Below, one piece after another: positions 48,756-58,772 of a stretch of DNA of 64,000 nucleotides; within the stretch, counting starts at the first letter, position 1, and the number at the start of each line of letters is the position of its first letter. Source of the DNA: an uncultured Gemmatimonadales bacterium (GTDB lineage Bacteria; Gemmatimonadota; Gemmatimonadetes; Longimicrobiales; Longimicrobiaceae). Position numbers and translations under genes: made by a program. The DNA lies in NCBI GenBank assembly GCA_963716255.1, contig OY970303.1, positions 2,528,001-2,592,000 of the forward strand, written 5' to 3'. The notes under the pieces are model-generated. The model had not been told where the DNA came from. It did not search any database and saw only the letters and a program-made list of their open reading frames with translations.

Positions 48756-50861
48756 ATGAGCACACCCCTCCCCCTGATCGAAAACGGCGTCGTGCGCGCC
48801 GCCTGCCCCCACGACTGCCCGGACACCTGCGCCATGCTGGTGCACGTGCGCGACGGCCGCGCCGTGCGCGTGCAGGGCGACCCCGACCACCCGGTGACGC
48901 AGGGCTTCCTGTGCACCAAGGTGAACCGCTACGTGGAGCGCACCTACCACGCGGACCGGCTCACCACGCCGCTCCGCCGCGTGGGCGCCAAGGGCGAGGG
49001 CCGCTTCCGGCCGGCCACCTGGGACGAGGCGCTGGACGACATCGCCCGGCGGCTGGGGGAGATCCGCGACTCGGCGGACGGGCCGCAGGCCATTCTCCCC
49101 TACTCGTACGCGGGGACCATGGGGCTGGTGCAGGGCGGGAGCATGGACCGCCGCTTCTTCCACCGGCTGGGCGCCAGCCTGCTCGCCCGCACCATCTGCG
49201 CGGCGGCGGGGAGCGAGGGGTGGCGCCACACCTACGGCGACCGCATGGGCCCCTCGCCGGAGGAGGCCGAGCACGCGCGGCTGGTGCTGCTGTGGGGGAC
49301 CAACACGCTCACCTCCAACCCGCACCTGTGGCCCGCGCTGCGCCGGGCGCGGGAGCGCGGCGCGCGGCTGGTGGCCATCGACCCCATCCGAACCCGCACC
49401 GCCGCCCAGTGCGACCTTCACCTTGCCGTGCGTCCCGGAACCGACGCGGCGCTGGCGCTGGGGATGATGCACGTGGTCTTTCGCGACGGGCTGCAGGACC
49501 GCGGCTACCTGGAGCGGCACACCGTGGGGTGGGAGGCGCTGCGCGAGCGGGTGCTGGCGGAGTGGGCGCCGGCGCGCACGGCGGAGGTGGTGGGGCTGGA
49601 GCCGGAGCAGGTGGAGGCGCTGGCGCGCGACTACGCGGCCACGCGCCCGGCCTTCATCCGCCTCAACTACGGGCTCCAGCGCCACGCGGGCGGGGGGATG
49701 GCGGTCCGCGCCATCTCCCTGCTCCCGGCGATCGTCGGCGCCTGGCGCGACGTGGGCGGGGGGGCGACGCTTTCCACTTCCGGCGCCTTCCACATGAACG
49801 GCGCGGCGCTGGAGCGGCCGGAGTGGATCCCGGCCGGCACGCGAACCGTCAACATGATCCGCCTGGGCGACGCGCTCACCCTGCCGGACGCCGGCGTGGG
49901 CGGGCCGCCGGTACGCGCGCTGGTGGTGTACAACTCCAACCCGGCCGCCGTGGCGCCCGACCTGGGCCGCGTGCGCGAGGGGCTGCGCCGCGAGGAGCTG
50001 TTCACGGTGGTGCTGGAGCACTTCCGCACCGACACGGCGGACTACGCGGACTGGCTCCTCCCCGCCACCACGCAGCTGGAGCACTGGGACGTCCACCACT
50101 CGTACGGGCACCTGTACGTCACGCTGAACCGGCCGTCGATCCCCCCGGTGGGCGAGAGCCTGCCCAACTCCGAGGTCTTCCGGCGGCTGGCGCGGCGCAT
50201 GGGGATGGACGACCCGGAGTTCGGCGACGACGACCCGGCGCTGATCCGGCAGGCGCTCTCCTCCGGGAGCCCGCGGATGCGGGGGATCACACTGGAGCGT
50301 CTGCTGGAGGAGGGATACGCGCGCCTGGACGTGCCGGCGCCCTTCGCCCCCTTCGCGGACCCCGAGCGCTTCAACACCCCGTCCGGAAAGATCCAGGTGC
50401 TCGCCCCGGAGCTGGAGCGCCTGGGGCTGGACCCTCTCCCCGCCTACGTGCCGCCCGCGGAGGACCCGCGCGCGAACCCGCGGCTCGGCGCGCGCTTCCC
50501 GCTCACGCTGCTGTCCCCGCCCGAGCACCCGTTCATGAACTCCACCTTCGCGAACGTTCCCGCGCTTTCCAGGGCCGCGGGCGGCGCGAAGCTCCTGCTG
50601 CACCCCAACGAGGCCGCGGTGCGCGGGATCCGGGAGGGCGACCGGGTGCGCACCTGGAACGAGCGCGGCGGCTTCACCGCCCGCGCCGTGGTCACGGAGG
50701 ACGTGCGGCCCGGGGTGGCCGTGTCGTACGGCGTGCGCTGGGCCCGGCTCTCGGACGGGGGGACGACGGTGAACGACACCACCTCGCAGGCGGAAACCGA
50801 CCTGGGCGGCGGCGCGGTGTTCTACGACAACGCGGTGGAGGTGGAGCCGGCGCCCGCCTGA
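48756..50861 (+). CDS. Molybdopterin-dependent oxidoreductase (DMSO reductase superfamily) with an N-terminal 4Fe-4S motif
   Basis: CPHDCPDTC...GFLCTK, WDEALD, RPGTDAALA, TDTADYAD.LLPA, C-terminal dinucleotide-binding domain. Confidence 0.9.
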   Translation: MSTPLPLIENGVVRAACPHDCPDTCAMLVHVRDGRAVRVQGDPDHPVTQGFLCTKVNRYVERTYHADRLTTPLRRVGAKGEGRFRPATWDEALDDIARRLGEIRDSADGPQAILPYSYAGTMGLVQGGSMDRRFFHRLGASLLARTICAAAGSEGWRHTYGDRMGPSPEEAEHARLVLLWGTNTLTSNPHLWPALRRARERGARLVAIDPIRTRTAAQCDLHLAVRPGTDAALALGMMHVVFRDGLQDRGYLERHTVGWEALRERVLAEWAPARTAEVVGLEPEQVEALARDYAATRPAFIRLNYGLQRHAGGGMAVRAISLLPAIVGAWRDVGGGATLSTSGAFHMNGAALERPEWIPAGTRTVNMIRLGDALTLPDAGVGGPPVRALVVYNSNPAAVAPDLGRVREGLRREELFTVVLEHFRTDTADYADWLLPATTQLEHWDVHHSYGHLYVTLNRPSIPPVGESLPNSEVFRRLARRMGMDDPEFGDDDPALIRQALSSGSPRMRGITLERLLEEGYARLDVPAPFAPFADPERFNTPSGKIQVLAPELERLGLDPLPAYVPPAEDPRANPRLGARFPLTLLSPPEHPFMNSTFANVPALSRAAGGAKLLLHPNEAAVRGIREGDRVRTWNERGGFTARAVVTEDVRPGVAVSYGVRWARLSDGGTTVNDTTSQAETDLGGGAVFYDNAVEVEPAPA

Positions 50862-50957
50862 CGGCTCCACCGCGCGGCCTGGCACGATTCCGCCCGGCCG
50901 GTTATCGTCCCGGCCGCTCCGCGGCGCCCCGACGCGCCACGTCCACTCCCCAGCGCC

Positions 50958-52133
50958 GTGCACGGCTTGCGCATCCTCTACGTCTCGCACTCCTTTCCCC
51001 TCCCCGGCGACCCGCTCTCCAACGTGGGCGGGATGCAGCGCGTCGCCACCGGGCTTCACGACGCTCTCGCCGCCCACCCGGAGGTGGAGCTGCGCCGGCT
51101 GGTGCTGGAGACCGCCTGGGAGGACACCGGCCGGCGGATGCCCCCGTTCATGGCCGGGCTGCTGCGGGGGATCCCGCGCGCGGTGGAGCGGGAGCGCGTG
51201 GACGTGGTGCTCTTCTCCTCCATGGTCACCGCGACGCTCGCCCTCCCCCTGCGCCGCCGGGTCGCCGCGGCCGGGGCGCGGCTCGCCGCAATCCCGGTGG
51301 GACGCGACGTGACGCTGCCGGTGCGGCCGTACCAGTGGCTGGTCCCGCGGGTCATGCGCGCGCTGGACCTGGTGTTCCCCATCAGCCGCGCCACCGCCCG
51401 CGAGTGCCTGGCCCGCGGCGCCGCCCCGGAGCGCACCCACGTGGTCCCCTGCGGCGTGGACACCGCCGCCTTCGCGCCCCCGCCCGACCGCGCCGCCGCG
51501 CGCGCCGCGCTCCTCCGCGCCGTGGGCGCGGAGGACGTACCCGCCGGCGCGCTCCTCCTGGCCAGCGTGGGGCGCCACCAGGAGCGCAAGGGCTTCCAGT
51601 GGTTCGTGGCCGAGGTCGTGCCGCGCCTGCCGGACGACGTGGTGTACCTGCTGGCCGGCGAGGGTCCCATGACCCCCGCCATCCGCGCCGAGGTGGAGGC
51701 GCGCGGCCTGGCCGGGCGGGTGCGGCTGGTGGGCCAGGTATCCGAGGAGGTCCTGGGCGCGCTGTACCGCGGCGCCGACCTGTTCGTGATGCCCAACGTC
51801 CCCGTCCCCGGCGACATCGAGGGCTTCGGCGTGGTGATGCTGGAGGCCGGGCTGTGCGGCCTCCCCGTGCTCGCCGCCGACCTGGAGGGGATCCGCGACG
51901 TGGTGCGCGAGGGCGCGAGCGGCCACCTGCTCCCCGCCCGCGACGCCGCCGCCTTCGCGGACGCCGTGCTGCGCTACCACGCCGACCGCCCCACCCTGGC
52001 CCGCGTCTCCGCGGCCGCCGCCCGCCACGTGGCCGGCACCTTCTCCTGGGCCTCCGTGGCCGACGAGTACCTGCGGATCCTGCGCTCCGGCACGCGCGAT
52101 GCTCCCATCCGGCACGGGGCCCGCGTTCCCTGA
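50958..52133 (+). CDS. Glycosyltransferase family 4
   Basis: GGMQR, VGR..ERKG, EGFGVVMLEA, FSW. Confidence 0.9.
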   Translation: MHGLRILYVSHSFPLPGDPLSNVGGMQRVATGLHDALAAHPEVELRRLVLETAWEDTGRRMPPFMAGLLRGIPRAVERERVDVVLFSSMVTATLALPLRRRVAAAGARLAAIPVGRDVTLPVRPYQWLVPRVMRALDLVFPISRATARECLARGAAPERTHVVPCGVDTAAFAPPPDRAAARAALLRAVGAEDVPAGALLLASVGRHQERKGFQWFVAEVVPRLPDDVVYLLAGEGPMTPAIRAEVEARGLAGRVRLVGQVSEEVLGALYRGADLFVMPNVPVPGDIEGFGVVMLEAGLCGLPVLAADLEGIRDVVREGASGHLLPARDAAAFADAVLRYHADRPTLARVSAAAARHVAGTFSWASVADEYLRILRSGTRDAPIRHGARVP

Positions 52134-52172
52134 CGGCCCGCCCCGAAGCCACCTTCCACCCGCGGTGCGCCC

Positions 52173-52448
52173 ATGGACGAAGCAGTCGTCGCGGTATTCA
52201 TGATCGGCCTGATCGTGTTCGTCCCCGTGGCCGGCATCACCGCCCGGTTCGCGTTGAAGCCGCTGATCGACTCCATTGGCCGCATCGCCGAGATGCGCCG
52301 CCCCTCCGACGAGGTGCGCGCCCTGGAGCGCCGCGTCGCCGCGCTGGAAAAGGAGCTGAGCGCAGCGCGGCACGGGACGCAGCTCCCCGGCGGCCCGGTG
52401 GAAACTCACCCCGTGCTTCCGCGGTCCCAGCAGACCGAGCCGGCATGA
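52173..52448 (+). CDS. Small membrane protein with a coiled coil
   Basis: N-terminal TM helix, EVRALERRVAALEKEL. Confidence 0.65.
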   Translation: MDEAVVAVFMIGLIVFVPVAGITARFALKPLIDSIGRIAEMRRPSDEVRALERRVAALEKELSAARHGTQLPGGPVETHPVLPRSQQTEPA

Positions 52449-52454
52449 GCGGTC

Positions 52455-52621
52455 TTCGGAGGGTGTGACGCGGGCCGCTACGGAGCCGGGCCAAACCGCG
52501 GCCCGTCTCCTCCGCGGGCTCCGGGAGCCCCGGAAACAGCCCCGGGTCTCCCCTCGCCGGAGGGAGCCTCGCCAAACAGCCGGCGAGTCTCCCTCCGAAC
52601 AGATTCATGTGGGTACAGCGG
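52455..52621 (+). repeat. Structured repeat family C, copy 1
   Basis: Shares GGGCCGCT.CGGAGCC, GTCTCCT.CGCGG.CTCCGGGA, GGAGCCTCGCCAAACAGCCGGCGAGTCTCC and TGTGGGTAC.GCG with the reverse complement of 61034-61196. Confidence 0.75.
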
Positions 52622-52784
52622 AAAAACCAACGGCGCCCCCACCGCAAACTCCGGTGGGGGCGCCTTCACGTACCGTACTTCGTAGTCCGTACCGCCGTCC
52701 TGCTCCCGCACTTCCACGGAATCCGTGCAGACCAGGCTCCCAGGGGCATCAGCAAGGCGCCGAATGCAGGGATGCCGTGCGGTC

Positions 52785-52835
52785 CTCCCCCTTTCCCCCG
52801 CTTGCGGGGGAGAGGGGGCCGGGGGGTGAGGGGGC
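52785..52835 (-). repeat. Family-B-like palindrome
   Basis: CCCCTTTCCCCCGC-TT-GCGGGGGAGAGGGG-GCCGGGGGGTGAGGG. Confidence 0.55.
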
Positions 52836-52864
52836 CCACCTTCGCGGACGCCAGCGCCAGCCCC

Positions 52865-52997
52865 GCGTGAGGGATTTCGGCCCGAAGGGGCGAGACCCGG
52901 CGGGGCTGTTTCCGCCGGGTCTCGACTCCGTTACGCACGGTTGTTTCGTGCGTTACGGAGCCGAAGCCCGACCCCGGCGCCAGCCGGGGACACGCCC
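52865..52997 (+). repeat. Repeat family A, copy 8
   Basis: Same scaffold, longer hairpin variant. Confidence 0.95.
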
Positions 52998-53035
52998 AAA
53001 CCCGCAGTAAAAATCCGACACGACCGGATCCGGCA

Positions 53036-53812
53036 TCAGCGCCTAGGCACCCGCACCGTACCCCCCACCCGCCCCACCTGCACCCCGCCGCTGCCGTCGT
53101 CGCGCACGGTCAGGTCCCCGCCCACCCGGTCCACCCGGATGCCGCCCGAGCCGTCCTCGCGCACCAGCACGTTGCCCCCCACCCCGACGACGGCGATCCC
53201 GCCGGAGCTGTCCTCGTCCACCACGACGTCGCGGCGCACGTCGCGGATGCTCAGCTCGCCCGAGCTGTCGCTCACCCGCACGCCGCCGGCGACCTGCGCG
53301 ATGGTGATGCCGCCGGAGCTGTCGGTCACGTCCAGGTCGCCGCGCACGTCCTCGATGGTCAGCTCCCCCGAGCTGTCCTTGAGCCGGAGGGCGCCCACCC
53401 GGCGGACCACCGTCTCGCCGCCGGTGTCCTCCACGTCCATCGCCATCCCCTCCGGCACCTCGATCACCAGGTCCAGCACCCGCTGCACCCGCCCGAAGAA
53501 CGCCCGCACCTCCGGGATCTCCACCGCCACCCGCACCTCGCCTCCGCTGCGATCGGCCGTCAGGCGCATGGCGTCCAGGTACTTGCGGTCGCTGGCGCGG
53601 GCCACCCCGCGGATGCGCACCTCGCGCAGCCCCGGGCGCCCCTCGATGCGCAGCGAGCCCGCGAGGGCGTCCACCCGCACCCGGGTGGCGCCGCGCGCGT
53701 CCACCACCGCGTCGCGGGGGGAGGTGTGCTCCTGCGCGCCGAGGCGGGCCGGGAGGGCGGCGGCGCCGAGGGCGAGCGCCAGGGAAGCGGCGGCGAGGGT
53801 GGGTGCGTTCAT
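53036..53812 (-). CDS. DUF4097-like beta-helix (adhesin-like) secreted protein
   Basis: Signal peptide, repeated DSSG/DGSG..I..V.G.V units. Confidence 0.8.
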   Translation of the reverse strand: MNAPTLAAASLALALGAAALPARLGAQEHTSPRDAVVDARGATRVRVDALAGSLRIEGRPGLREVRIRGVARASDRKYLDAMRLTADRSGGEVRVAVEIPEVRAFFGRVQRVLDLVIEVPEGMAMDVEDTGGETVVRRVGALRLKDSSGELTIEDVRGDLDVTDSSGGITIAQVAGGVRVSDSSGELSIRDVRRDVVVDEDSSGGIAVVGVGGNVLVREDGSGGIRVDRVGGDLTVRDDGSGGVQVGRVGGTVRVPRR

Positions 53813-53885
53813 GGGAGCAGCCGGGGCGGTGAGGGATGGCGGGACCAGCGCTGACGCTCCGTACGGCACGCGCGCCCCCCCGGTT

Positions 53886-54800
53886 TCACTCCGGCGGGGC
53901 CCACAGCCAGCGTCCTCCGTCGATCACCACCCGGACGGCTCCCTTCCGCTCCATGGCCGCGAGAAAGCCCAGCAGCGTCGTGCGGTTGAGGACGTACGCC
54001 GTGGGGTCGGCCAACCGCATCCCCATGGCGCCCGCGAACTCCACCAGCAGCTCCTCCGTCCCGGCGGGGACCGCCCGCAGCCGCTCCCCCAGCCATTCGA
54101 AGGCAAGGTCCAGCACCGCGATGTTGGCGGAGAACGTCGCGTCCCGGACGTCGCCCACCGGCTCGCCGTGGCCGGGGACGTACCACGCCGGGCAGTAGTC
54201 GCCGAGGCGGCGAAGGCTGGCCCGCATCCGCTCCGCGTCGACCAGGAACGGGACCCCGTGCCTGGCGAGCGCGTCCGTCCCGAAGAACGAGTCCGCGGCG
54301 AACAGCACGCCGCTTTCCGGCCCGCCCTCCGCCAGCACGCCCACCTGCGCCAGGCTGTGTCCGCCCAGGTCCACGATCTCCAGCGTGCGCCCGTCGATGG
54401 TCACCGGCCCGCCGGGGCGCACCACGTGGTCCACCGGCGAGGGCTCCGCCTGGAGGAACCTGTTGACGAGCGCCCCCACCGGCTCCGCTCCCCCGAACAG
54501 GTACACGGGCTCGTAGCGCGGCTCGCGGATCACCGCCTCCTCCACGGCCGGGGCGTACACGGGGATCCCCAGCCGGCGGACCAGCTGTGCGTTGCCGCCG
54601 TGGTGGTCGGCGTGGGCGTGCGTGTTGAGGATGGCCACCAGCGGCCGGCCCAGCGCCTCCGCGGCGCGCACGATCCGGTTGGCGGCGCCCCGGTCCAGCC
54701 CCGTGTCCACCGCCAGGAGCCCGGAATCGGTCTCCACCAGCCCGCTGTTGACCGCGCCGGGGAGGTAGTGGACGCCCCCGGCGAGACGCACCGGCTCCAT
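53886..54800 (-). CDS. Metallo-beta-lactamase fold hydrolase
   Basis: THAHADHHG, GHS, AD, PGHG. Confidence 0.9.
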   Translation of the reverse strand: MEPVRLAGGVHYLPGAVNSGLVETDSGLLAVDTGLDRGAANRIVRAAEALGRPLVAILNTHAHADHHGGNAQLVRRLGIPVYAPAVEEAVIREPRYEPVYLFGGAEPVGALVNRFLQAEPSPVDHVVRPGGPVTIDGRTLEIVDLGGHSLAQVGVLAEGGPESGVLFAADSFFGTDALARHGVPFLVDAERMRASLRRLGDYCPAWYVPGHGEPVGDVRDATFSANIAVLDLAFEWLGERLRAVPAGTEELLVEFAGAMGMRLADPTAYVLNRTTLLGFLAAMERKGAVRVVIDGGRWLWAPPE

Positions 54801-54804
54801 GGCG

Positions 54805-55476
54805 CTACTCCTCGCCGGGGGCCACGTCCGCCCCTTCCCACTCGCGGTGGAAGCGTTCGAGGAAATCCTCCATGAAGCGGTGGCGCGCCGCGGCGGCCCG
54901 GCGCGCCCCGGCGGTGTTCATGCGGTCGCGCAGCAGGAGCAGCTTCTCGTGGAAGTGGTTCACGGTGGGGCCGCCGCCGGCCTTGTACGCGGCGAAGGTG
55001 GCGTGCGCCTCCGGGACGGCGCCCGGGTCGTGGAGCGGCCGCCCGCGGCTTCCCCCGTAGGCGAAGGCGCGCGCCACCCCGATCGCGCCGATTGCGTCCA
55101 GCCGGTCGGCGTCCTGCACCACCGCGCCCTCGGGTGTGCTCATGGGCGTCGGCACCCCCGCGCCCTTGAACGACAGCTCCGCGACGATCCGCGCCACGTG
55201 CTCGACGGTGTCCGCGTCCACGCCCAGCCCGGCGAGCCACTCCCGCGCGGCACGCGGCCCCACCGTCTCGTCGCCGCCGTGGAACTTGTGGTCCGCCACG
55301 TCGTGGAGCAGCGCCGCCAGCTCGGTGACGAAGGGATCGGCTCCCTCCCCGGCGGCCAGGCGGAGCGCCGCGGCGCGCACCCGGTGCACGTGCCACCAGT
55401 CGTGGCCCGTCCCCTCCCCCTGCATCCGCTCCCGCACGAACGCCTCCGTGCGCTCCAGGACCGCTGCGTTCTCCAT
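54805..55476 (-). CDS. HD-domain phosphohydrolase (YedJ-like)
   Basis: GHDWWH..RV, ALLHDV, VQDADRLDAIGAIG, HFHEKLL. Confidence 0.9.
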   Translation of the reverse strand: MENAAVLERTEAFVRERMQGEGTGHDWWHVHRVRAAALRLAAGEGADPFVTELAALLHDVADHKFHGGDETVGPRAAREWLAGLGVDADTVEHVARIVAELSFKGAGVPTPMSTPEGAVVQDADRLDAIGAIGVARAFAYGGSRGRPLHDPGAVPEAHATFAAYKAGGGPTVNHFHEKLLLLRDRMNTAGARRAAAARHRFMEDFLERFHREWEGADVAPGEE

Positions 55477-55680
55477 GGTCGTCCCCGCTCCCGTAGATTT
55501 CCCGTCCCGGCCCGTCGCCCCGCCCCACCCAGCCGGAAATCTGCACCCGCGCCGCCAGGCGCGAAAGCGACCGGCCGCCCCGGGACCCCACCGCGCCCCC
55601 GCGGGCGCACGCACGACAGGCCCGGACCTTGGCGGTCCGGGCCTGTTTCGTGGCCGGGCGTGTCGTCCGGCCCCGGAGGG

Positions 55681-56085
55681 TCAGACCGCGGCGGCCCTTC
55701 CCCCTTCGATCATCCGCGCGAACCCGCGCAGCCCCTCGATCAATTCCTCCGCCGAGGTGGCGATGTCGCCCACGTGAAGGGTGGTGTCGCGCGGTACCGC
55801 GAGCTCCAGGATCTCCACGGCCCGGTGGACCGCGTCCGCCCGGGCGCTCCGCGGATCGGACTCCGCGCCGTGGGGGCGCGCCCGCCGCCGCCGCCGCACG
55901 TGGGACTGGAAGTGGTCCCGCCCCTCGTCCGTCACCAGGACCACCCCGTCGCGGCGCTCCACGAAGTTGCGCGACTCCAGCGCCCGCACCACCCGCCCGT
56001 CCAGCCCGTCCTCCGGCGCAGGGCTCGTCCGCCGCGAAAGCTCGCGAAGGAGGTCCGACTGCTTCTCGCTCAAAGCTGTGCTCAT
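55681..56085 (-). CDS. Hypothetical protein, possible winged helix
   Basis: LSEKQ..LL..L...VVRALESRNFVE...VTDEGR. Confidence 0.6.
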   Translation of the reverse strand: MSTALSEKQSDLLRELSRRTSPAPEDGLDGRVVRALESRNFVERRDGVVLVTDEGRDHFQSHVRRRRRARPHGAESDPRSARADAVHRAVEILELAVPRDTTLHVGDIATSAEELIEGLRGFARMIEGGRAAAV

Positions 56086-56595
56086 GGCCTTCGATCTATC
56101 TTGACGTTCCACAGCGGAAACGAGGCTGCGGCCATCCGGTCCGCGGCCGGGCCGGCCGTGCGGCCCCGGTCTGGGAAACGTTCCGGATCTGGGTTTGTTC
56201 CCAACACGCTACAGCGGAATGCGCGCGAGGGCAAGTCCAGCCTTCCGGCGGGGCCCCCCGCGGACCCCGACGCGCGGCGGAGCTCCCCGGCGGGACTCCG
56301 TCAAGGCGTTGCTCCGCACGGGCTTCGGTCCCGGCCGCGCGGCTCCGGTCCACACGCGGCCGTGCCATCCGGAGACATTGCCCACACGGCCGGTAAAAAC
56401 CATTTCGCATGCAAGGCACCTTGCATTTGCAGGCGCAAACGGTGCGCAAAGCGGGTCATGTGCGACAAGGGGCCGGAGAGCGAAGGCCAGCACCGGAAGA
56501 TTCCCGGCGGCTCCCCCGGCCGCTTTCCCGACGCACGTCCTCCCGTCCCGGCGGCCCTCCCGGTCGCTCCGCGGCCCGGCCCCCCGTGCCCGATC

Positions 56596-57387
56596 TCACC
56601 CAACCAGCTCGCCCCGCATCACCGTCACCGCCTGCCCGCCCAGGTGCACCCGGTCGCCGTCGGCGCGAACGCGAACGGTGCCACCGCGCGCCGAGGCCTG
56701 GAAGCCCACCAGCTCCGCGCGCCCCAGCCGCCTCGCCCAGTACGGGGCGAGGCAGCAGTGGGCGGAGCCGGTGACCGGGTCCTCGTCCACGCCCACGCGC
56801 GGCGCGAAGAAGCGCGACACGAAGTCCACCCCCGGGGTTTCCGAGCGGCTGGTGACGATGATGCCGCGCGCCGCCACGGCGCGCAGCAGCCCGAAGTCCG
56901 GGCGCATGCTGCGCACCTCCGCCTCCGACTCCACCTCCACCAGGCAGTCGAAGTGGCTCCGCCCCACGTACAGCGGGGCCGCGCCCAGGGCGCGCGCCAG
57001 CTCGGGCGAGGCCGCCGTCTCCTCCTCCGGCTTGGCCGGGAAGTTCATGGTGATCCAGGCCCCGTCGCGGCGCGCCGTGAGCAGGCCGCTGCGCGTGTGG
57101 AAGCGCGCTTCCGCGTCCGGGTCCAGGCGTCCGTCCTCCCACAGCAGGTGCGCGCCGGCCAGCGTGGCGTGCCCGCAAAGGTCCACCTCGCAGGCGGGGG
57201 TGAACCAGCGCAGGTCCCAGTCCCCGCCCCGCGCGTGAAGGAAGGCCGTCTCGGAAAGGTTCATCTCGCGGGCGACGTCCTGCATCCATCCCTCGTCGCG
57301 CGCGGCGGGGAGGATGCACACCGCGGCCGGGTTGCCGGCGAAGGGGCGGTCGGTGAAGGCGTCCACCTGGACGATGGGCTGTCCCAT
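56596..57387 (-). CDS. PhzF-family isomerase
   Basis: QVDAFT..F.GNPAAV, EMNLSETAF, EVDLCGHATLA, EDPVTGSAHC. Confidence 0.92.
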   Translation of the reverse strand: MGQPIVQVDAFTDRPFAGNPAAVCILPAARDEGWMQDVAREMNLSETAFLHARGGDWDLRWFTPACEVDLCGHATLAGAHLLWEDGRLDPDAEARFHTRSGLLTARRDGAWITMNFPAKPEEETAASPELARALGAAPLYVGRSHFDCLVEVESEAEVRSMRPDFGLLRAVAARGIIVTSRSETPGVDFVSRFFAPRVGVDEDPVTGSAHCCLAPYWARRLGRAELVGFQASARGGTVRVRADGDRVHLGGQAVTVMRGELVG

Positions 57388-57665
57388 GGGTCTGTGCGCG
57401 GGTTCGGGTGCACCGGACCGGGAGGGGCCGGCGCGGACGCGGCAAGTTAGGCACTCCGCGGGCCGGTCCGCAACGCGCGCATTCGGCCGGCTCCGGAGCG
57501 GCCCCAACGCAACTCCTTGCCCCACAATCGAAACGATTCCCGCCCGAACCCCGTACTCCACCTCCGCGGGACGGGAGCACCGTTGCGAACCCCCTCCCGC
57601 CGCATTTAGTTAGGAGTGCCGCGCGAGACCCCGCGCCGAACACGACCTCGAAAAGGAGCACCCCC

Positions 57666-58772
57666 GTGGGAATCTTCGACTTCGTCAAGCGGGAGCTGAT
57701 CGACATCATCGAGTGGCTCGACCCTTCGAGCGACACGATGGTCCACCGCTTCGAGCGGTACAACAACGAGATCAAGAGCGGCGCCCAGCTCATCGTCCGC
57801 CCCGGCCAGGCCGCCGTGTTCGTGGACGAGGGGCGCGTGGCGGACGTGTTCGCCCCGGGCACCTACACGCTGACCACGGAGAACATCCCCATCCTTTCCA
57901 CGCTGAAGGGGTGGAAGTACGGCTTCGAGAGCCCGTTCAAGGCCGAGGTGTACTTCGTGGCCACGCGCCAGTTCACGGACCGGAAGTGGGGCACCAAGAA
58001 CCCCATCATGCTCCGCGACCCGGAGTTCGGCCCGGTGCGCCTGCGCGCCTTCGGCAGCTTCGCGGTGCGCGTCTCGGAGCCGGCCAAGTTCGTCGCGGAG
58101 ATCGTGGGCACCAACGGCCACTTCCAGACGGACGACATCGAGGGGCAGCTCCGCAACCTGATCACCTCGCGCTTCGCCGACGTGCTGGGCGAGAGCAAGA
58201 TCCCGGTGCTGGACCTGGCCGGGAACCAGGACGAGCTGGGCGGCTTCATCGCCGACCGCATCCGCCCGGAGTTCCTGGACTACGGGATCGAGATCACCAA
58301 GGTGCTGGTGGAGAACATCTCGCTCCCGGAGGAGGTGGAGAAGGCGCTGGACAAGCGCACCAGCATGGGGGTGATCGGCGACCTGAGCGCGTACACGCGC
58401 TTCCAGACGGCGGAGGCCATCGGCAACGCGGCCAAGACTCCGGGGGGCGCGGCGGGCGAGGGGATGGGGCTGGGGATGGGCTTCGCCATGGCGCAGCAGA
58501 TGGCGCAGAGCATGGGCGGCGCGCACGCGGCCTCGGGCTCGCCCTCCGGCCCGCCGCCGCTCCCGGGCGGGGCGCAGTTCTTCATCGCGCTGGACGGCGC
58601 GCAGAGCGGGCCGCACCCGCTGGACGCGCTCCGCGGCCGCGTCGCGGACGGCACGCTGACGCGCGAGACGCTGGCCTGGAAGCAGGGGATGGCGGCGTGG
58701 ACGCCGGCCGGCGAGGTGCCGGAGCTGGCCGCGATCCTCGACGCCGCGCCGCCCCCGCTCCCGCCGCGGTGA
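57666..58772 (+). CDS. SPFH-domain protein (YdjI-like) with a C-terminal GYF_2 domain
   Basis: RBS AAGGAG, GTG start. IDIIEW, LTTENIPILSTL, SPFKAEVYF, GP...TLAWKQGM..W...VPEL. Confidence 0.88.
   Translation: MGIFDFVKRELIDIIEWLDPSSDTMVHRFERYNNEIKSGAQLIVRPGQAAVFVDEGRVADVFAPGTYTLTTENIPILSTLKGWKYGFESPFKAEVYFVATRQFTDRKWGTKNPIMLRDPEFGPVRLRAFGSFAVRVSEPAKFVAEIVGTNGHFQTDDIEGQLRNLITSRFADVLGESKIPVLDLAGNQDELGGFIADRIRPEFLDYGIEITKVLVENISLPEEVEKALDKRTSMGVIGDLSAYTRFQTAEAIGNAAKTPGGAAGEGMGLGMGFAMAQQMAQSMGGAHAASGSPSGPPPLPGGAQFFIALDGAQSGPHPLDALRGRVADGTLTRETLAWKQGMAAWTPAGEVPELAAILDAAPPPLPPR

Noticed and set aside
56196..56213. Further TGT...ACA activator site upstream of the 55681 gene
   Set aside because: Spacing is N12 rather than N11, and no convincing -24/-12 element was found nearby.
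56409..56426. Palindrome ATGCAAGG-CA-CCTTGCAT
   Set aside because: Single occurrence with no assignable regulator. It may be an operator but cannot be supported.
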